From sequence record MT446416.1: DNA of 64,000 bases; one strand, 5' to 3'. Of this stretch, positions 9,167 to 19,379 are shown one piece after another; positions within the stretch are counted from its first letter, which is position 1; each line of letters opens with the position of its first letter. The notes below the pieces were generated by a model. It was not told where the DNA came from, searched no databases, and saw only the letters and a list, made by a program, of their open reading frames with translations. Position numbers and translations under genes: made by a program.

Positions 9167-10294
9167 ATGACAATTTCATTCAACAATGGGTCAGGTGGTT
9201 CATGTAATAATTCTGGCATCAAAAGTTTAGTTATTAACGCTGCTGGACATTTAATTGTAACCTATTCCGACAATACAATCCAAGACCTAGGTCTAGTGGT
9301 TGGACAAAATGGTGCTAACGGTAGAAACTTTTATCCAAATGAGATAGGTTTTGAAGTTCCTAATGAACTCTTCCGTGTTGGTGAAGAACTAGGGTGGTGT
9401 TATCTTAGTCTTGCAAATGGCACTAGTACTTTATATTTTAAATCAAACGATGCACAAGAAGAAATTAGTACTTGGAACCGTGTAGAGTTTGGTAAAGGTG
9501 ATACTGGCGAAACTGGTAAACCATTCCACATTGACAGTTCTGGTACGGTGTTTCCAACAACTGGTCTTTTCAATAATTACACATTCTATAATACTGAAGA
9601 TGGTAAATTATATTTCTATCAAAGCGTAACTGCAACATGGAGTGATGGTATTCCTTTCCGTGGTGAACAAGGTCTACGTGGTCGTTTCCATATTGATAGT
9701 ACTGGTAGTCAATTCCCAAGTATTGATAATCTACCACAAGATTATTGCTTCTATAACACTACTGATGGTAATTTGTATTATGTTGATATCGTAACTACAT
9801 CATCAACCCCAACTAAAGAGTGGAGTGCTGGAATCTTATTCCGTGGTAAAGACGGTGAAGAAGGTAAGCAAGGTGAGCAAGGTGTTCAGGGTGAACCTGG
9901 TAAAGACACAGTTGTTATCATCAACACTATTGATCATTCATGGACTAACGCATTGTTAGTTATTGGTACATGCCCTGCTGGATACCTAGTAACTAATATC
10001 GAAGTTGACATTAATCAAGCATATGATGAACCAGTAAATGAAATGTTTGTACGTTTCGGTGGTGAAGCACAAGAAGATATTGGTGGTACTGTAATTGCAC
10101 CTGTTGATTATTTCGATATCAACCGCAAAATGCGTTACATTGTTAACGAAACCAACCACGAAGTATCAAGTAAAGATGAAATCATTTCTTGTGTATTCAA
10201 TGATTCCGTAAACAACAGTTCATTTGGTGAAATGAAGATCGTTTGTACTTTATCATGGCAAGCACCTATTCAGCCTATTCAAGATAACATTTAA
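9167..10294 (+). CDS. Collagen-repeat fibre/structural protein
   Basis: Gly-X-Y runs (GKDGEEGKQGEQGVQGEPGKD; GDTGETG; GEQGLRG) alternating with repeated HIDSxG..FP...FYNTxDGxLY modules. Start at ATG 9167 after AAGGGA. Confidence 0.6.
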   Translation: MTISFNNGSGGSCNNSGIKSLVINAAGHLIVTYSDNTIQDLGLVVGQNGANGRNFYPNEIGFEVPNELFRVGEELGWCYLSLANGTSTLYFKSNDAQEEISTWNRVEFGKGDTGETGKPFHIDSSGTVFPTTGLFNNYTFYNTEDGKLYFYQSVTATWSDGIPFRGEQGLRGRFHIDSTGSQFPSIDNLPQDYCFYNTTDGNLYYVDIVTTSSTPTKEWSAGILFRGKDGEEGKQGEQGVQGEPGKDTVVIINTIDHSWTNALLVIGTCPAGYLVTNIEVDINQAYDEPVNEMFVRFGGEAQEDIGGTVIAPVDYFDINRKMRYIVNETNHEVSSKDEIISCVFNDSVNNSSFGEMKIVCTLSWQAPIQPIQDNI

Positions 10295-10308
10295 AAGAGG
10301 GTTGATAC

Positions 10309-12450
10309 ATGGCAGTTTTTTCCAATTTAGAAGGGACCATGATGCCAACATTCAAGTTGGGTAAACGTGGTGCTTCTATTAATTTTGTAAACGATTCTGT
10401 CGCAATCAAAGACTTTTTAGGTGAAACGTTCCTACCTGTTAAGGTGGGAACTCCTAATGACGATGATTCCGCAGTAAACGTTATGTATCTTGAAGATAAC
10501 CCAAATGCTTTATTTGGCGTACTTCCACCAACAAATGACATTGGTAAAAATAACAACACTTATTTTCAAGTTGATTCTGAGGGTATTGTTGATATCTTTG
10601 CAAAAACAAATGATGTTTGGGTAAAATCATTATACATTAATAAAAATGTCCTTTCCAGTGTTAACGGTGCTGATTATATCGGACTTATTACTGGAGGAAC
10701 ACTCCAACAGGCACAGTTTTACATAACTCCAGAAGAGTTTGGTGCAAAAGGTGATGGCATCACTGATGACACGGCAGCGGTTAACGCATGTGCAGTTTAT
10801 GCAAAAGAACACCAAATCCAAATTCAAGCTGGTGGTAATTATCGTATCAGAACTGCTGTTTATTTGAATGATATTCAATGGTTTGGTGGAACAATCACTG
10901 GCAACGGTGGCACAATGGTATCAGTACTGAATAGTACAATCCAACAAGCAACATTAACAGGATGTTATTTAAAATTCTTTGGTGGTGATGGTAAATTTTA
11001 TTTTAATAAATTTATTAATATTACAAGTACTGCTACATTTCTAATGCAAGGTATGACTGAATCAGGTACTATCGACTTTTGCTTTAATGAAATGACACAA
11101 TGTAAGTACGGTGTTCTTCAGCAAGGCACTGGTGAGAAAATGACAGTTGGGCGTTATTCATACAACCACATCCATGATATATATGGTGATGCAATTGAAT
11201 TGAACGTAGTCAACTCACATTACCCAGACGGTTTTGTAATAGAAGGTAACTTGATTGAAAACGTAGATGGTACAGATGCACCAATTCCTCTTTCAAACTG
11301 GGGTATTGGTATCGGCGTTGCTGGTTCTGGTCCTTATGATGTGAATGCTGATGATTCACAATATGTAAAAAAATTCGTTATAAAAAATAACCGCTTGTAC
11401 AATGTCCGTCAATGTATTCACGTTGAGTTGGGTAAAGACTTTAAAATTCTCAATAATGAAGTTTATCCATCAACGTTGGTATCAATTGGTACTGGTTTGA
11501 CAACCGCTGGTGTAATTACTTATGGTTCTGTTGATTTTATTATTGATGGCCTATCTGGGCATCTATTAAATGATCCATCAGTAACTAACCGTATGGTTTC
11601 TATTAACTGGGGTGTAACATCTGGTAAATTTGCTGGTCCTCCACGTAACTTTAAATTATGTAATCTCCACATTCCTGAGTCGTCTATTATTGTGTATACT
11701 TCAGGCTCTGATAATTGGCTAAATACTACTGAACTTTCTAATATTACATGTAGTAGAATTCAATGGCGTGGATTGCCGTCATCTTCCAAGTTTAATAATA
11801 TCAGTACTAAAGAACTTGATGTTATTGGACAACACCTTGCAACTGAAGGTGAAGGAGGGGGCTTATATACTCGCTCTAAATATACATATACCAACTGGAC
11901 TAATTGTGTTGTTCAAGATGATTGTAACATATCAAAATATAGTTTCTCAAGAATGTATGTTGACCGTATTGACCAATCATCTAATAACTTTAAAGTAACC
12001 ACTGCAATTGATGGAACTGGACATCGTGGACCTGTAGTAATACCTGTAGTTGAACAGTATTACGTGCCTTATGATGTTTTTCCTGGTGGGAGATATTTCC
12101 CAGAAGGAACAATTATCCATAAACAATCAGGTGGAAAATTTATTGTTACAGTAGGTGGTTCTTTCTTTGGTCGATATGACACAATTAGACAAACAGTTGC
12201 AGGACAAACTTATATCGAAGCATTGGGTGTATCATGGGGTGATAATCAATATGCTAAAGCTGCTGGAACCGAAATCCTAATCACAGGAGCAGGGGAAAAC
12301 GGCGAAGATTTAAAAACATATATCACTAGAGCAGTTTATGTTGTTAATAATGCGTATCGTATCGATATTGCCGATCCGATTGTTACTGCTACCGCAGCAG
12401 GGGCATTATTGAAAGCTGCTCAACCAATAACATATATCACCCTATCTTAA
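10309..12450 (+). CDS. Tailspike/depolymerase, WcaM-like (putative colanic-acid-degrading enzyme)
   Basis: ITPEEFGAKGDGITDDT beta-helix start; GDAIELNV, NWGIGIGVAGS..Y, RQCIHVELGKDF and YGSVDFII match motifs I recall from enterobacterial WcaM. Confidence 0.75.
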   Translation: MAVFSNLEGTMMPTFKLGKRGASINFVNDSVAIKDFLGETFLPVKVGTPNDDDSAVNVMYLEDNPNALFGVLPPTNDIGKNNNTYFQVDSEGIVDIFAKTNDVWVKSLYINKNVLSSVNGADYIGLITGGTLQQAQFYITPEEFGAKGDGITDDTAAVNACAVYAKEHQIQIQAGGNYRIRTAVYLNDIQWFGGTITGNGGTMVSVLNSTIQQATLTGCYLKFFGGDGKFYFNKFINITSTATFLMQGMTESGTIDFCFNEMTQCKYGVLQQGTGEKMTVGRYSYNHIHDIYGDAIELNVVNSHYPDGFVIEGNLIENVDGTDAPIPLSNWGIGIGVAGSGPYDVNADDSQYVKKFVIKNNRLYNVRQCIHVELGKDFKILNNEVYPSTLVSIGTGLTTAGVITYGSVDFIIDGLSGHLLNDPSVTNRMVSINWGVTSGKFAGPPRNFKLCNLHIPESSIIVYTSGSDNWLNTTELSNITCSRIQWRGLPSSSKFNNISTKELDVIGQHLATEGEGGGLYTRSKYTYTNWTNCVVQDDCNISKYSFSRMYVDRIDQSSNNFKVTTAIDGTGHRGPVVIPVVEQYYVPYDVFPGGRYFPEGTIIHKQSGGKFIVTVGGSFFGRYDTIRQTVAGQTYIEALGVSWGDNQYAKAAGTEILITGAGENGEDLKTYITRAVYVVNNAYRIDIADPIVTATAAGALLKAAQPITYITLS

Positions 12451-12464
12451 AGGAGATTATAAAA

Positions 12465-13364
12465 ATGGCAGTTTTTTCTAATTTAGAAGGAACCATGAAG
12501 AAGACCTTCATACTTGGTAAAAATGGTGCACAAATTGCCACTAATGGTAATGTTGTTCAAATCCAGAACTACACGGGTACACAACTTCTTCCTGTTTCAG
12601 CAGGTGACCCAACCGCAAATACACACTTGGTTACATTGGGTTATTTGAATACACATAGCGGTGGTGGTGGCGGTTCCGGTATTTTACGTGGAACTATTGC
12701 ACCATCTGAATCAATTGGTGTAGATGGTGACGCTTACTTCTTAGTTGACAGTACTAATATTATTCAGATCTATATTAAAGACCTTGGTGTTTGGAAACCT
12801 CTCCAAAGCACAACTCCAGGTACTGATAGTTCTTACGTTACTACTGAAATCGTTCCTGTATCGGCATTTACATTAGTTCCTGGAACAACAGATCAATATA
12901 CTTATTCTTTACCTGAATCAGTACATGGTCGTGGTCCAGATATTATGGTTCAGCTACAGGGTGACCCTGGTAACATCCCACTTGACACTGTATTCCAAAC
13001 TAACGTCACTGTGAGTGGTATTGGTGACATTACGATTGATGTTATTGGTCAAATCACTGATTATACAAGTGTCAAAGTCAACATCATAGGAGCAACAACA
13101 ATGACAGTACCTTATAGTAAATTAATTAACCAAGCGGATTGGGTAGTATCTAGTGATGAATACACCATTACTATCCCAGCGTCTGAACATAACCAAACAC
13201 CTGATAATTTGTATATTTCAATTTATTCAAATAAAACTCCAGGTAGCACAGCAGCATCACCATTTGAACTGGTAATAACCGAAACTCAAATTGATGCAAG
13301 TGGTAATGTTACATTCACTTCTGACGAAGCGTTTAGTGGTAAAATAGTAATTTCTGGTAAATAA
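12465..13364 (+). CDS. Fibre/spike adaptor protein sharing its N-terminal anchor with the tailspike
   Basis: Begins MAVFSNLEGTM like 10309; about 100 aa of clear similarity. Confidence 0.55.
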   Translation: MAVFSNLEGTMKKTFILGKNGAQIATNGNVVQIQNYTGTQLLPVSAGDPTANTHLVTLGYLNTHSGGGGGSGILRGTIAPSESIGVDGDAYFLVDSTNIIQIYIKDLGVWKPLQSTTPGTDSSYVTTEIVPVSAFTLVPGTTDQYTYSLPESVHGRGPDIMVQLQGDPGNIPLDTVFQTNVTVSGIGDITIDVIGQITDYTSVKVNIIGATTMTVPYSKLINQADWVVSSDEYTITIPASEHNQTPDNLYISIYSNKTPGSTAASPFELVITETQIDASGNVTFTSDEAFSGKIVISGK

Positions 13365-13373
13365 AAAAAATAG

Positions 13374-13406
13374 TCCAGACTACGATTCATCGAGTCTGGA
13401 TTTTTT
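13374..13406 (+). terminator. Intrinsic terminator
   Basis: TCCAGACT-(ACGATTCATCG)-AGTCTGGA-TTTTTT. Confidence 0.75.
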
Positions 13407-13482
13407 ATATCAATAACTAAATATATGTATATTAACAAGGTCAAATGTATTTTATGCTTTTTGCCTATTTGGAGGGAACTAA

Positions 13483-16400
13483 ATGTACTCGATTAAAACA
13501 GATCTCGATATAACTGGTGGTGCAACGGTTGGTAAAGATCTTCTTGTGAAAGGCGATGCAGTATTCAATAAAAATCTAACAGTTAATGGAACCGTAACTT
13601 TTGCTGACGCTGTATTCACTGCGATTGAAGCAGGAACTGTAGACATTTCATCTACACTAGATGTTGCTGGTAAAGCATCATTGAATGGTGGGATTGAAGT
13701 TCATGGTAATTCCGTAATTGGTAATTTACCAGTTGGCTCTGATACTGCAACGATTAATTCTAATGCACAATTCCAAAGCCCAGTATCAATGGCAGGTAAC
13801 CTAACACAAACGGCTGGCACTGCTGTACTAAAAGATACCCAAGTGGCATCAATGGATGTTCTTGGAACTTCTTCATTTAAAGGTAATATTACTGCTGAAA
13901 CTGGCACTACCGCAGCATTTGACAAAATAACTGCAACTGATGCAACATTCACAAACACTGCAACTACTGATATCACATCAACTGGAACTGCAAACTTTAA
14001 AGATGTGAATATTTCCGGTACACTAGGTGGAACATTTAGTCTATCTGATGTTAATGCAACAACTCTAACTGTTTCTGGTTTAACCAGTCTACAAGGTGGT
14101 GTTACATTAGGTTCCAACATTACTGGTGTGAATAGTAGTGCAAACTTCCGTGATATTAAAATTGGTTCCAATGCTGCAAACACTAACTACCGTTTGAGCT
14201 TTAACTATTCTGCTCCAAGTCTTCGTCCAACTGTAATTCTACAGAACGAAATCCAATCAGAATTGATGTCTCCAGCTACCCTAAGTGTATTGAAAACTGC
14301 ATCTTTTGGTGATTCGTCATTATCCACTTTTGGTATTACTGGTAATGGTCTAAACAAACTAGATTACCTAACAGTATCTGGTAACTCTGTTCAAGATCCA
14401 ACAACTCCACTATTACAAGTAACTTCAGGTAAAACTAAAGTTCATGATTTCGAAGTAACAGGAACTGCAACTATTCCTAACATTGAAAGTACTGGAACTG
14501 CTAATTTTAATAACATCAACGTATCTGGTACACTCGGCGGTACTTTCAGTCTTGATGATATTGAAGCAAACACTCTAACTGTTTCTGGATTAACTAGCCT
14601 TGTTGGTGGTGTAACTTTGGGTGCTGATATTTCCGGTGCTAATAGTACTGCTAATTTTAAAGCAGTAAGTTTAGGACAAAACGCAGCCGATGCTAACGTT
14701 AAGTATGGTTTTGCTTATTCTGCCCCTGGTGCACGTCCAACTGTAATTCTACAAAATGAAATTCAGTCTGAACTAGTATCTCCAGCAGTACTAAATGTAC
14801 AAAAAACTGCTACCTTCGGTGATGCATCTCTTGCAACCTATGGTATCACAGGTAACGGTCTAAACAAACTAGATTATCTATCTATTACTGGTAATGGTAC
14901 ACAAAGTCCAGCAACGCCACAACTACAAGTAGCTGGTAAATCAGTACTAAATGATGTTGAATTCACTGGTACTGTAACTGGCCTAACAGTTGATGTAAGT
15001 GGTCAAGACCTAACTCCTAAATCTGTTGTTGCTGCTGAAGCAATCAAAGGACAAACCCTTGAATCTGTTGGTCAAACCACCGTAGGAACTAACCTACAAG
15101 TTGGTGGAACAGCTAATGTTGTTGGTGCACTAACTGGTACTGCTGCAACCTTTACTGGTGACGTAAGTGCTGCTAAAGGTACTTTCAGTGGTGATGTTAG
15201 CGTTACTGGGCAAACTGTAACTGTACGTGATTTAGTAGTAACTGGCACAACTACTGGTGTAACTGCCCAAGCTGACGTTGATGGTCTTGATATCGCCCCA
15301 AATAAAGTTGATGTTACAACAACACTATCTGTTGCTGGGGACACTACTTTAGCTGGTCTAACTGCTAGTTCAGTAACAAGTACTGGTGATGTTACTGGTG
15401 CGTCTGTATCTGGTAATACAGTAACTGCGGCTGGTGCACTATCTGGTGGTTCTCTTGCAGTAACTGGTGCTGGTTCTATGGCTTCACTAACTGTTCCAAG
15501 TATTACTGGGGACACTACTTTTGCTAATAACGTAACTATTACTGGAACACTAACTCCGAGTAGTATAGATTTAAGCACTACTGATGTAAGTGCTGCTTCT
15601 TTAACAACTACTGGTAACGTAACTGTTGGTGGTTCTCTTGCAGTAACTGGTGCTATTGATTTGTCTGCTGCTGATGTAGTAACAAAATCAGTTAGTGCAA
15701 CTAACCCAAGTACATTTGGTGTAATTAATGCATCTTCTGTTGCCGCAACTGGTGACGTTTCAGGTGGCACTCTAACTACTACTGGTGCAGCGAAAGTAGG
15801 AACACTAACTAGTACTGGTGTAGTATCTGGTTCGCGTTTGTCTTCTGGTACTGCAACAATCTCAACTTCTGTAACAGTTCCAACTTTACAAGCTGAAGCT
15901 GCTGGTGCTGGTACACTAAATCTAGCAAGTAATGTTGTCGCGGCAAAAGATCTAACTGTCACTGGTGTATTCAAACCTGAAGGTGGTCTTGACCTAACAA
16001 CTGTTGATATTACTGCAAACTCACTAACTACTACTGCTGATGTTAATGTTGGTGGAAACTTAGTAGTTGATGGTACTTTTGACCTAAGTGCTGCTGATGT
16101 ATCAGTTAAATCTCTTGTAAGTGCAGAGGCAATTACTAGTGGTGGTGTGATTACCGTTACCGATTCAACCAATACTAGTTCGTTCCCTAAAATTACTTCA
16201 ACTGATGCAACACTCTTTACAGTAAATGCAGGTACTATTAATGCAACTGGCAACAGTGTACTACAAAGTGTATCAGCTACTCAAGTAACTGCTACTAGTG
16301 CTGAATTTTCTGGTAGTGGCCTTGGTCTTCAAGTTGATAATGATGCAAACGTTGGTGGTGCATTATCTGTTGGTGGCATTGCAACTGTTGGTTCTTTAAC

Positions 16401-18441
16401 AACAACTGCTGCTTCTCTTAATATTGCAAAAAATACTGCAATCAATGGTGATTTAGCTGTATCTGGTACACTAACTGCTGGTTCAATCGACCTAAGCAAT
16501 ACTGATGTAACCGTTAAATCTCTTGATTCACTAGGTAACGCACACATTGCTGGTAACCTAACTGTTGATGGTGCATTCGACTTAAGTGCAACTAACCTTG
16601 TAGCTGCAAGTCTAGCAAGTACTGGTTCTACTACTGTTGGAACTGATCTAGTACTAACAACTGGTGTTGTGACTGGTAGCCCAGCTATCTCTGGTAATAC
16701 AACAATCGGTGGAACTCTTGGTGTAACTGGTGCTGTTAACCTAACTGATATTGTTAATATCGGTAAGAAAGTAACAGTGAGTACTGGTGGTATTCAGGTA
16801 GTTGATGGTGGTATCAATACTAACACAATTAACGTTTCTGGTGCTACTACTCTAGCAGGAACTTCCATTACTGGAACTTTAGGTGTAACTGGTGCTTCTA
16901 CTCTAGCAGGTGTATCTGCAACATCACTAACAGTTTCTGGTGACAGTACTGTTCAGAAACTAACTGTCCAAGGTGAATTGATCCCACAAGGTGGTCTTGA
17001 CCTAAGCGGTGCAGACATTACTGCTAATAGTCTAACTACTGCAACAACTATCAATGCAACTGGCCTAAGTACTCTAAGTGGTGGTGTTAGTACTTCTACT
17101 GTGACTGCATCTGGTCTAGCAACTGTTGGAAGTTTAACTTCTACTGCAAACGCATCAGTTGGTGGTAATTTGGGTGTAACTGGAACTCTAGGTGTTACTG
17201 GTGCAACTACTGTATCTTCACTAACAGCTACTGGTGCAGTGAAAACTGGTACAACCCTAACTGTTGGTACTCCAGTTGGTGAACAACCTGAAACTGTACA
17301 GATCATTCCAGATACTTATATTGCTGGTAAATTGCGTGTAATCGGCGGTATTAACGCTGATATTGATGTTAGTGGTCAAACACTAGAACCATATGCAATT
17401 GAAGCTGCTGCAACACTATCTGCTGTTGGTAACATTACTTCTGGTGCAACCATCGTTTCTAAAGCTGCAACAATTGGTGATGTTGGTTCACAAAACAACA
17501 ACCTAACTGTTAATGGTAACGTAGTAACTAATGGTGACTTCACAGTTACTGGGGTACTAAATGCACAATTGAACCAAGCAGATTCCGATGTAGCTGTTAA
17601 ATCTTTAACTGCAACTAATAACGTTGCGGCTGGTACTTCAATCACTGCTGGTACTTCCATCACTGCAACTGGATTACTTAAAGGTAATACTTTAGAAGTT
17701 ACTACTACTGGTTCATTTGGTGGTGCAGTAACTATGTCAAGTGGTGCAAACATCACTGGTACAGTGGGTATTACTGCTGGTGACCTAACAGTAGGTGGTA
17801 ATATCTCTGCAACTGGCACTGCTGGATTCGGTGCAACAACCGTTTCTACAATTACAACATCAGGTTTGGCTACACTTGCAAGTACATCCGTTACTGGTAA
17901 CGCAACAGTAGGTGGAACACTAGCAGTAACAGGAGCACTAACTGCGAATGGTAACGTAACATTAGGTGACGCAGCGGCTGACGTTCTAACCGTTAATGCA
18001 ACTTCATCATTTAAAGAAAATGCTGTGTTTGATAAGGCAGTAACAGTAACTGGTGAACTAACCACTACTAATGCTAACTTAACTACTACAACAGTAACTA
18101 CCAAAAAGTATGATGTAATCCCAACTCAAGTTACATCATCAGTAATTGCTCCAACCGGAACATGGACTCCAGATGGTACAAGTAACGTGTACTTCATCAC
18201 TCTAGACCAAGATACCACGTTGGCTCCAATTACTGGCCTAATTGGTGGCGGTAAAGCTGCATCAGTATACATCTATGTTAAACAAGATACAACTGGTAAC
18301 AGAAACTTTACAACTGATGGTACTTATGCTGTTGTTGATGGTGAACTAAACAAAACTGCTGGTAGCGTGACCATTTACCAAGTAATTTATGATGGTGTAA
18401 GTCCAGTTACTGATTTGTTCATTGCACAACGTACTGCTTAA
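13483..18441 (+). CDS. Very long repetitive fibre protein (1652 aa)
   Basis: T/G/V/S/A-rich beta-strand repeats, a 170-aa tandem duplication and repeated DLSxxDVxxxSL motifs; late promoter core upstream; followed by a DUF4376-like gene. Confidence 0.7.
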   Translation: MYSIKTDLDITGGATVGKDLLVKGDAVFNKNLTVNGTVTFADAVFTAIEAGTVDISSTLDVAGKASLNGGIEVHGNSVIGNLPVGSDTATINSNAQFQSPVSMAGNLTQTAGTAVLKDTQVASMDVLGTSSFKGNITAETGTTAAFDKITATDATFTNTATTDITSTGTANFKDVNISGTLGGTFSLSDVNATTLTVSGLTSLQGGVTLGSNITGVNSSANFRDIKIGSNAANTNYRLSFNYSAPSLRPTVILQNEIQSELMSPATLSVLKTASFGDSSLSTFGITGNGLNKLDYLTVSGNSVQDPTTPLLQVTSGKTKVHDFEVTGTATIPNIESTGTANFNNINVSGTLGGTFSLDDIEANTLTVSGLTSLVGGVTLGADISGANSTANFKAVSLGQNAADANVKYGFAYSAPGARPTVILQNEIQSELVSPAVLNVQKTATFGDASLATYGITGNGLNKLDYLSITGNGTQSPATPQLQVAGKSVLNDVEFTGTVTGLTVDVSGQDLTPKSVVAAEAIKGQTLESVGQTTVGTNLQVGGTANVVGALTGTAATFTGDVSAAKGTFSGDVSVTGQTVTVRDLVVTGTTTGVTAQADVDGLDIAPNKVDVTTTLSVAGDTTLAGLTASSVTSTGDVTGASVSGNTVTAAGALSGGSLAVTGAGSMASLTVPSITGDTTFANNVTITGTLTPSSIDLSTTDVSAASLTTTGNVTVGGSLAVTGAIDLSAADVVTKSVSATNPSTFGVINASSVAATGDVSGGTLTTTGAAKVGTLTSTGVVSGSRLSSGTATISTSVTVPTLQAEAAGAGTLNLASNVVAAKDLTVTGVFKPEGGLDLTTVDITANSLTTTADVNVGGNLVVDGTFDLSAADVSVKSLVSAEAITSGGVITVTDSTNTSSFPKITSTDATLFTVNAGTINATGNSVLQSVSATQVTATSAEFSGSGLGLQVDNDANVGGALSVGGIATVGSLTTTAASLNIAKNTAINGDLAVSGTLTAGSIDLSNTDVTVKSLDSLGNAHIAGNLTVDGAFDLSATNLVAASLASTGSTTVGTDLVLTTGVVTGSPAISGNTTIGGTLGVTGAVNLTDIVNIGKKVTVSTGGIQVVDGGINTNTINVSGATTLAGTSITGTLGVTGASTLAGVSATSLTVSGDSTVQKLTVQGELIPQGGLDLSGADITANSLTTATTINATGLSTLSGGVSTSTVTASGLATVGSLTSTANASVGGNLGVTGTLGVTGATTVSSLTATGAVKTGTTLTVGTPVGEQPETVQIIPDTYIAGKLRVIGGINADIDVSGQTLEPYAIEAAATLSAVGNITSGATIVSKAATIGDVGSQNNNLTVNGNVVTNGDFTVTGVLNAQLNQADSDVAVKSLTATNNVAAGTSITAGTSITATGLLKGNTLEVTTTGSFGGAVTMSSGANITGTVGITAGDLTVGGNISATGTAGFGATTVSTITTSGLATLASTSVTGNATVGGTLAVTGALTANGNVTLGDAAADVLTVNATSSFKENAVFDKAVTVTGELTTTNANLTTTTVTTKKYDVIPTQVTSSVIAPTGTWTPDGTSNVYFITLDQDTTLAPITGLIGGGKAASVYIYVKQDTTGNRNFTTDGTYAVVDGELNKTAGSVTIYQVIYDGVSPVTDLFIAQRTA
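13981..14980 (+). repeat. 510-bp (170-aa) tandem duplication within the fibre gene
   Basis: ACTGGAACTGCxAAxTTTAA starts at 13981 and 14491; proteins STGTANFKDVNISGTLGGTFSL...RPTVILQNEIQSEL vs STGTANFNNINVSGTLGGTFSL...RPTVILQNEIQSEL. Confidence 0.9.
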
Positions 18442-18507
18442 TAATTATAATAAAAAAAACGGTGTCATCAATTATGGTGACACCATCTTAACAAGTGAGG
18501 TAGTTAT

Positions 18508-19287
18508 ATGTTTACATATGTAAAAGGTAGTTCTAAAGAAAATTATGAATTGGGTAACATCATCTCCAACCCAGTTGGTGTTAAGGGTTTAAAAGAACGC
18601 CCTGGGGCAACTCCAGATGATGAACAAACATATCGTTATTTGTACAGTGATATTCGTGCACTTTATGGTATTTCAAGTAAAGATGGTTCTGAAATTGAAC
18701 CTAATAACGCTGTTCGCAAAGAAGAGGGTTTCTGGTGGTTGGAATATAAGAATGTTGGTAATGTGAACGCAATTAATGAGAATTTGGAATATATTAAACT
18801 ACAAGATAGTAATCAACCAGTCATCACATTCTTAGAAGAAGCAGAAGGTGAATATAAAGAGTTAACAGTACTGAAAACTTATAATTATGTTGATATGGAC
18901 ATTGCAGCAGTTAAATCTGATCTGAAAGCACGCACAGTATCATCTCGTAGTGATCGTATTAATGCTGGTTATATGTTTAACGGTCATCGTTATAGTACTG
19001 ATCTAGCTGGTCGTCAAATGCTTCTTAATTATTATACACAAGTAACTTCCGGTTCTGATAGCGTTTCGATTTTCCTTGATGACGCAATTGTAAAACTATC
19101 TGCTGCTGAAATGACTCAACTATACACTGAAGCATTTGCTATGGTTGAATCCCTATTTGCAGAGTGTAATAAGCAATGTGCTGACATTGATGCAGTTCCT
19201 GATGCTGATGAAGATGCAATTTATAAAGCACAACAGGCGGCTGTATGGGTATATGAAGGTATTGATATTCCTGAGCGTACTCGTTAA
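18508..19287 (+). CDS. Tail-fibre-associated protein with DUF4376-like C-terminal domain
   Basis: RSDRINAGYMFNGHRYSTDLAGRQMLL ... LSAAEMTQL pattern, directly after the fibre gene. Confidence 0.55.
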   Translation: MFTYVKGSSKENYELGNIISNPVGVKGLKERPGATPDDEQTYRYLYSDIRALYGISSKDGSEIEPNNAVRKEEGFWWLEYKNVGNVNAINENLEYIKLQDSNQPVITFLEEAEGEYKELTVLKTYNYVDMDIAAVKSDLKARTVSSRSDRINAGYMFNGHRYSTDLAGRQMLLNYYTQVTSGSDSVSIFLDDAIVKLSAAEMTQLYTEAFAMVESLFAECNKQCADIDAVPDADEDAIYKAQQAAVWVYEGIDIPERTR

Positions 19288-19301
19288 TTTATATTTTTTT
19301 T

Positions 19302-19331
19302 AAAGGTCAACTATGGTTGGCCTTTTCTTTT
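19302..19331 (+). terminator. Intrinsic terminator
   Basis: AAAGGTCAAC-TATG-GTTGGCCTTT-TCTTTT. Confidence 0.8.
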
Positions 19332-19379
19332 ATCTAAAATAAATACTTAATATATAATCTATTCTGAGGAAATATTTAA

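Noticed and set aside
13701-18104. Long minus-strand ORFs inside the fibre gene (13701-14183, 15072-16253, 16953-17306, 17376-18104)
   Set aside because: Shadow ORFs produced by the ACT/GGT/GTT codon bias of the + strand gene; no SD or promoter, and V/P/T/A composition mirrors the sense codons.
13483-18441. Bacterial autotransporter/adhesin or host DNA insertion
   Set aside because: No signal peptide or C-terminal beta-barrel; it has a late promoter core, phage codon usage, the same AGTACT enrichment and a DUF4376-like partner gene.
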